NCBI GenBank assembly: GCA_043822705.1 | Contig: JBDRBK010000163.1 | Coordinates: forward strand, 1-15,879 | Direction of reading: 5' to 3' | DNA from: Fidelibacterota bacterium | GTDB lineage: Bacteria > Fidelibacterota > Marinisomatia > Marinisomatales > TCS56 | Length of the DNA stretch: 15,879 nucleotides | In this document: piece by piece, positions 12,366 to 15,879 of the stretch | How positions within the stretch are numbered: the stretch's first letter is position 1 | How the letters are laid out: every line of letters starts with the position of its first letter | Program-made: the position numbers and the translations under genes | The notes under the pieces: generated by a model | The model's database searches: none | The model's input: the letters and a program-made list of their open reading frames with translations, nothing else | Told to the model about the DNA's origin: nothing

Positions 12366-12463
12366 TCCGGCGTTTTTGTCCTTATTCCAATTCTTTTCCG
12401 TCTAATAATTTCATCGACATATGACGCTGATTTTAGGTAAAAACAGACCTCCCAATCACGCAT
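12362..12463 (-). CDS. Candidate 33-aa leader ORF upstream of ileS
   Basis: Manual translation MRDWEVCFYLKSASYVDEIIRRKRIGIRTKTPE*. Its TGA overlaps the ileS ATG (ATGA). Only a weak AGGT 4 nt upstream as SD, so it may be a chance ORF. Confidence 0.25.
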
Positions 12464-12479
12464 ATGGACCTGATTTTAG
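12418..12479. repeat. Tandem direct repeat in the ileS leader (two 19-nt copies, 43-nt period)
   Basis: catatg-acg-ctgattttag at 12418-12436 and catatg-gac-ctgattttag at 12461-12479, 16 of 19 positions identical. Confidence 0.8.
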
Positions 12480-12485
12480 CTTGCG

Positions 12486-12515
12486 AAGTTAGTGGAAATT
12501 GCTTACCAGAGTCAA
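12486..12515 (-). promoter_or_regulatory. Candidate housekeeping-sigma promoter of the ileS operon
   Basis: Minus strand TTGACT (12515-12510), 18-nt spacer, TAACTT (12491-12486), just downstream of the degP terminator. Confidence 0.55.
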
Positions 12516-12542
12516 CGAGTACCGAACGTATCGGGTACAAAT

Positions 12543-12572
12543 GAAAAAGTCCCCCAAGCGGAGGACTTTTTC
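12543..12572 (-). terminator. Intrinsic terminator after degP (symmetric A/T tracts, potentially bidirectional)
   Basis: Minus strand GAAAAAGTCCTCC-GCTT-GGGGGACTTTTTC, 19 nt after the degP stop. Confidence 0.85.
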
Positions 12573-12591
12573 CAATCAGATAGTCCGAAAA

Positions 12592-13977
12592 TCAGTTCAT
12601 TTCCAGGGGATAAAACCGGGTGGATTCGCCACGTTTGATCAACAGCAGCAGGGCGTCTTTCTGTCCGGCCCGGCTGACCTGGCGAAATTGTTCGGCATCG
12701 GTGATATCCTGGGAGCCGACTTTGATGATCACATCGCCGGGACGCAATCCGGCCCGCGCCGCCGGGCTGCCGCGTTCGATATAGGTAATAACGGCGCCGG
12801 TGGTTTTCGGATCGATATCGTAACGCTCCGCCAACGCCCGGGTCAGATTCTGGACATTCATACCCAACTCACTCTTTTCCGGTTCCTGGCGGCTGGCCAA
12901 TTGCTGGGTCTTGTCCGCAAGCTCTTCCAAGACGACGGAAACCGTTTTATGTTTGCCATCCCGTACGATTTCGATCTTCGATTTATCGCCGGGCGGGGTC
13001 GATGAAACCAGGTTGCGCAGATGGTCGGTACTGCTGATTCTGGTCCCATTAAAGGCGATAATCACATCGCCGACCCGCAGATCGGACTTGGCGGCGGGAC
13101 TGTTTTCCATTACCTCGCCGACCAGTGCGCCTTCGCGCTGATCCAGGCCGACGGCCTTGGCGACGGCGTCGTCCACATTCTGGATTCCGACACCGATGTA
13201 AGATCGGACCACATAGCCGTGCTCGATCAGATCGCGCATCACTTTGCGGGCCATGTTGGAGGGTATGGCAAAACCGACACCGCTGTTGGATTTCTCGATG
13301 CCGCCGGTGGCGATGGCGGTGTTGATACCCACCAACTCACCACGCATGTTCAACAGGGCGCCGCCGCTATTACCGGGATTGATTGCGGCGTCGGTCTGGA
13401 TAAAATCCTCGTAATTCTGGGCGTTGATGATATTACTGCGTCCCATGGCACTGACGATTCCAGCCGTGACCGAATGACTTAAGTTGGCTGAAAACGGGCT
13501 GCCTACCGCCATAACCCATTCACCGACCCGCAGTTTGTCGGAATCGCCCAGTTTCAGGGCGACGAGGTCCTTCGCCTTGATTTTCAACACCGCCAGATCG
13601 GACTTGGGATCGGTTCCCACCATTTCCGCCTCGATAATCCGTTTGTCCAGCAGGTGCACTTCAATTTTATCGGCACCTTCGACAACATGGTTGTTGGTCA
13701 GGATGTAGCCCTTACCGGCATCGACCACCACGCCGGAGCCCAGGGCCGTACCGTGGTATTCGGGTCCTTCAAACTGGAAATTGAAAAAATCCTCAAACGG
13801 CATCCCGTGGTAGGGATTGCGGCCGGAAATGACCTTTTCGGTTGTAATCGTCACCACCGCCGGATTGGCCTGCTCGGCGATATCGGCCAGTGCCTGACTG
13901 AACTGGTCTACGATTGAATTCTGAGCGTAAATAAAACCGATCAGTATCGTTACAATAAATACAATTCTGTTGCGCAT
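12592..13977 (-). CDS. degP: Periplasmic serine protease, Do/DegP/DegQ (HtrA) family, two PDZ domains
   Basis: Signal peptide, triad motifs TNNHVV, DLAVLK and GNSGG, IQTDAAINPG, and two PDZ domains. ATG at 13977 (MRNRIV, 461 aa) is preferred because GGAG lies 6 nt upstream. DegP versus DegQ is unresolved. Confidence 0.92.
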   Translation of the reverse strand: MRNRIVFIVTILIGFIYAQNSIVDQFSQALADIAEQANPAVVTITTEKVISGRNPYHGMPFEDFFNFQFEGPEYHGTALGSGVVVDAGKGYILTNNHVVEGADKIEVHLLDKRIIEAEMVGTDPKSDLAVLKIKAKDLVALKLGDSDKLRVGEWVMAVGSPFSANLSHSVTAGIVSAMGRSNIINAQNYEDFIQTDAAINPGNSGGALLNMRGELVGINTAIATGGIEKSNSGVGFAIPSNMARKVMRDLIEHGYVVRSYIGVGIQNVDDAVAKAVGLDQREGALVGEVMENSPAAKSDLRVGDVIIAFNGTRISSTDHLRNLVSSTPPGDKSKIEIVRDGKHKTVSVVLEELADKTQQLASRQEPEKSELGMNVQNLTRALAERYDIDPKTTGAVITYIERGSPAARAGLRPGDVIIKVGSQDITDAEQFRQVSRAGQKDALLLLIKRGESTRFYPLEMN

Positions 13978-14003
13978 GACAAACTCCACAATTTTTAGTT
14001 TTT

Positions 14004-14030
14004 GTATGTAAATCCGGTGAAAATTGTTCC
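14004..14030 (-). promoter_or_regulatory. Candidate ECF-sigma promoter of degP
   Basis: Minus strand GGAAC-N17-CATAC, ending 26 nt before the ATG. GGAAC is a typical ECF -35 element, but the -10 match is loose. Confidence 0.3.
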
Positions 14031-14075
14031 GCGGAAAATGTCTATCGCCAATTGCTGTTGATTCAAGAAACTAGG

Positions 14076-14120
14076 AAAACCAAAACCGGGTAACGAATCC
14101 ATGGATCCATTACCCGGTCT
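14076..14120 (-). terminator. Long hairpin / intrinsic terminator after the TlpA-family gene
   Basis: Minus RNA ACCGGGUAAUGGAUC-CAUG-GAUUCGUUACCCGGU followed by UUUGGUUUU. The 15-bp stem has two G-U pairs that form only on the minus strand. Confidence 0.75.
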
Positions 14121-14145
14121 GGAATACTAATCCGGATTTGCCGGT

Positions 14146-14691
14146 TTACAGAAACGGCTTCAGGTCGGAATAGAACACTTCCGCCGTACGCGGACCGATA
14201 TAGGATTTACGGATATAGCCGTCGCGATCGATGATGAAGGTCGTCGGTATCCCGCTGATCGGCGCCCCGGTCGCCCGCCCGTAAAGGTCGGTCACGATCT
14301 GGGTCTCCATCTCGGTTATATCGGTCAGGATCGTGTAGTTCATGCCCCAGTCGCGCACGAACCGCTCGATATCGGCGGCGCTCCCGGATGATAATGTAAT
14401 GCCAACGATTTCCAGGCCATCGTTCCGGTATTTGTCATATAGTTTGATGAAATCCGGTATTTCCCGGCGGCAGGGCGGACACCAGGTGCCCCAGAAATTC
14501 AGGATAACCACCTTGCCTTTCAATCCCTTAAGCGACACCATCTCGCCGCCGAGCGACATCAGTGTAAAGTCCGGGGCGACAATCGCGTTGGCCGGGCGCG
14601 CCGACGCCTGCTGGGCCTGACCGGCATCTTTCGGTGCGCAACCGATGAACCCGGAGATTAAAATCATTCCTGTAATCAGATATCTTTTCAT
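14146..14691 (-). CDS. TlpA/ResA-family thiol-disulfide reductase, predicted lipoprotein
   Basis: Lipobox-like signal (MKRYLITGMILISGFIG-C), APDFTL, GKVVILNFWGTWCPPCRREIP and cis-Pro IPTTFIIDRDG. AAGGA RBS. Confidence 0.92.
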   Translation of the reverse strand: MKRYLITGMILISGFIGCAPKDAGQAQQASARPANAIVAPDFTLMSLGGEMVSLKGLKGKVVILNFWGTWCPPCRREIPDFIKLYDKYRNDGLEIVGITLSSGSAADIERFVRDWGMNYTILTDITEMETQIVTDLYGRATGAPISGIPTTFIIDRDGYIRKSYIGPRTAEVFYSDLKPFL

Positions 14692-14705
14692 ATTCGTCCT
14701 TTAGT

Positions 14706-15879
14706 TTAGCCTGAAAGCCCCCGGTCAAGAAATGCGATGAATTCGTCGATATTGCGGGACATCCCCGGGAAGCGGGTGATTTCCTTATCCTCGGGACTTA
14801 AAATCACATAAAAAGGCAGCGAGGCCGTCCCGAAGCGATCGATCTCGTACTGCTGATGTTCACGATAATTTTCGCCGCCGTCAGTGAATAACTGGACCAG
14901 CACGAATTCACCGAAGCGCTGTTGTACTTCCGGATTGGTGAAAACATTGGCCTCCATCCAGCGGCAATTGGTGCAGGTATACCCGGTAAAATCTACAAAT
15001 ACCGGCTTGCCCAGTCGACGCGCCTCGCCGAGGGCGCTCTCCAATTCCTGATGCCATTTGAATTGTTCATGGATCGAGCCATCGGTCCGGACGGTCCGGG
15101 TGGTGGCTTCCAGCCGCGGCGGCAGATAGGAATAAATCAGGCCGTGGATCGGCCGGCCGACCAGACCGGTCGCCAGATACAGGGAAAAGGCCAGAAAGAA
15201 CAGGCTCAGCAGCATCCGGGGGACGCCGCTGGCTGATACCGCCGAATCGTGGGGCAGGCGCAGTTTGCCCAGCAGATAAATCCCGGTGAACAGCATGATC
15301 ACCGTCCAGGTGACCAGCACGGTCACGTGCGTAAAAAGATTCCATTGCCAGACCAGATCGGAATTACTGAGGAATTTGAAGGCCGCCGCCAGTTCCAGGA
15401 AGCCCATGACAACTTTCACCGAGTTCAGCCAGCCGCCGGACCGCGGCAGTTTGGCCAGATACTGGGGAAACAGTGCCAGAAAAAAGAACGGCAGGGCGAA
15501 GGCGGTGCTGAACACCAGCATTCCGATCGTCGGCCAGAACCATTGTCCCTGAGCGGCAGCCACCAGCAATAAGCCCACGAATTGCACCGTGCAGGTGAAA
15601 GAAGTGAATGTGAAGGTCAGCGCCATGAACAACGTGCCGGCATAGCCGCCGCGACCTTCCTGACTGAGCGTGAACGAGCGCAACCGTGCCGGCAACTGGA
15701 TTTCATACATTCCGAACAGCGATAAGGCGAAATAAATAAACAGACCGCCGATAAACAGGTTGACCCAGGGATTGGCCGCCAGTTGGTTGGCACCGGCCGC
15801 CCCCAACGTCAGCGCCAGAATCAAACCCAGCACGGAAAAAGTGAAGATGATACCGAGGGCGTAGACCGAAGCCTGTTTA
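14706..15879 (-). CDS. dsbD: DsbD/CcdA-family thiol:disulfide interchange protein (transmembrane domain plus C-terminal thioredoxin domain), 5' end outside the window
   Basis: The frame stays open past 15833 to the window edge (KQASVYALGIIFTFSVLG...). It has SFTCT, LPRSGGWLNSVKVVMGFLELAAA and VDFTGYTCTNCRWME motifs. Confidence 0.88.
   Translation of the reverse strand, partial: KQASVYALGIIFTFSVLGLILALTLGAAGANQLAANPWVNLFIGGLFIYFALSLFGMYEIQLPARLRSFTLSQEGRGGYAGTLFMALTFTFTSFTCTVQFVGLLLVAAAQGQWFWPTIGMLVFSTAFALPFFFLALFPQYLAKLPRSGGWLNSVKVVMGFLELAAAFKFLSNSDLVWQWNLFTHVTVLVTWTVIMLFTGIYLLGKLRLPHDSAVSASGVPRMLLSLFFLAFSLYLATGLVGRPIHGLIYSYLPPRLEATTRTVRTDGSIHEQFKWHQELESALGEARRLGKPVFVDFTGYTCTNCRWMEANVFTNPEVQQRFGEFVLVQLFTDGGENYREHQQYEIDRFGTASLPFYVILSPEDKEITRFPGMSRNIDEFIAFLDRGLSG

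Noticed and set aside
12382..12420. 12-aa ORF MSMKLLDGKELE*, reminiscent of a FolD N-terminus
   Set aside because: It is too short to distinguish from chance, lacks a properly spaced SD, and no further FolD-like sequence follows.
12418..12479. Leader repeat as a mini CRISPR array
   Set aside because: There are only two imperfect 19-nt copies and no cas genes in the window.
12366..12485. T-box riboswitch upstream of ileS
   Set aside because: There is no UGGNACC T-box bulge motif or terminator, and the leader is only about 115 nt.
14040..14067. Sigma32- or sigma70-like promoter (CTTGAAT) upstream of degP
   Set aside because: No acceptable -10 element at a suitable spacing.

Overview
A gene-dense housekeeping segment with every credible gene on the minus strand. 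In transcription order: dsbD-like (5' end outside the window), TlpA-family lipoprotein thioredoxin, terminator; degP/htrA, terminator; ileS, dksA/traR-like, lspA, rluD-like, xerC, hpf and a sugar-phosphate nucleotidyltransferase; then metH, metF and metK (3' end outside the window). The ileS-dksA-lspA and xerC-hpf gene orders and the MetF/DsbD subtypes suggest an FCB-superphylum bacterium (inference only). No mobile element, CRISPR array, tRNA or rRNA was found. The clearest non-obvious feature is a complete control unit in the 129-nt gap before metH: a near-consensus sigma70 promoter, a SAM-II riboswitch aptamer, and an intrinsic terminator whose loop is complementary to the aptamer 3' strand, giving a visible terminator/antiterminator switch. 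The type 2 IleRS has non-canonical signature motifs (GVHH, EMHKS) and appears to have lost most zinc-binding cysteines. The ileS leader holds a tandem 19-nt repeat and an Ile-codon-containing uORF that overlaps the ileS start, a speculative candidate for an undescribed regulatory element.
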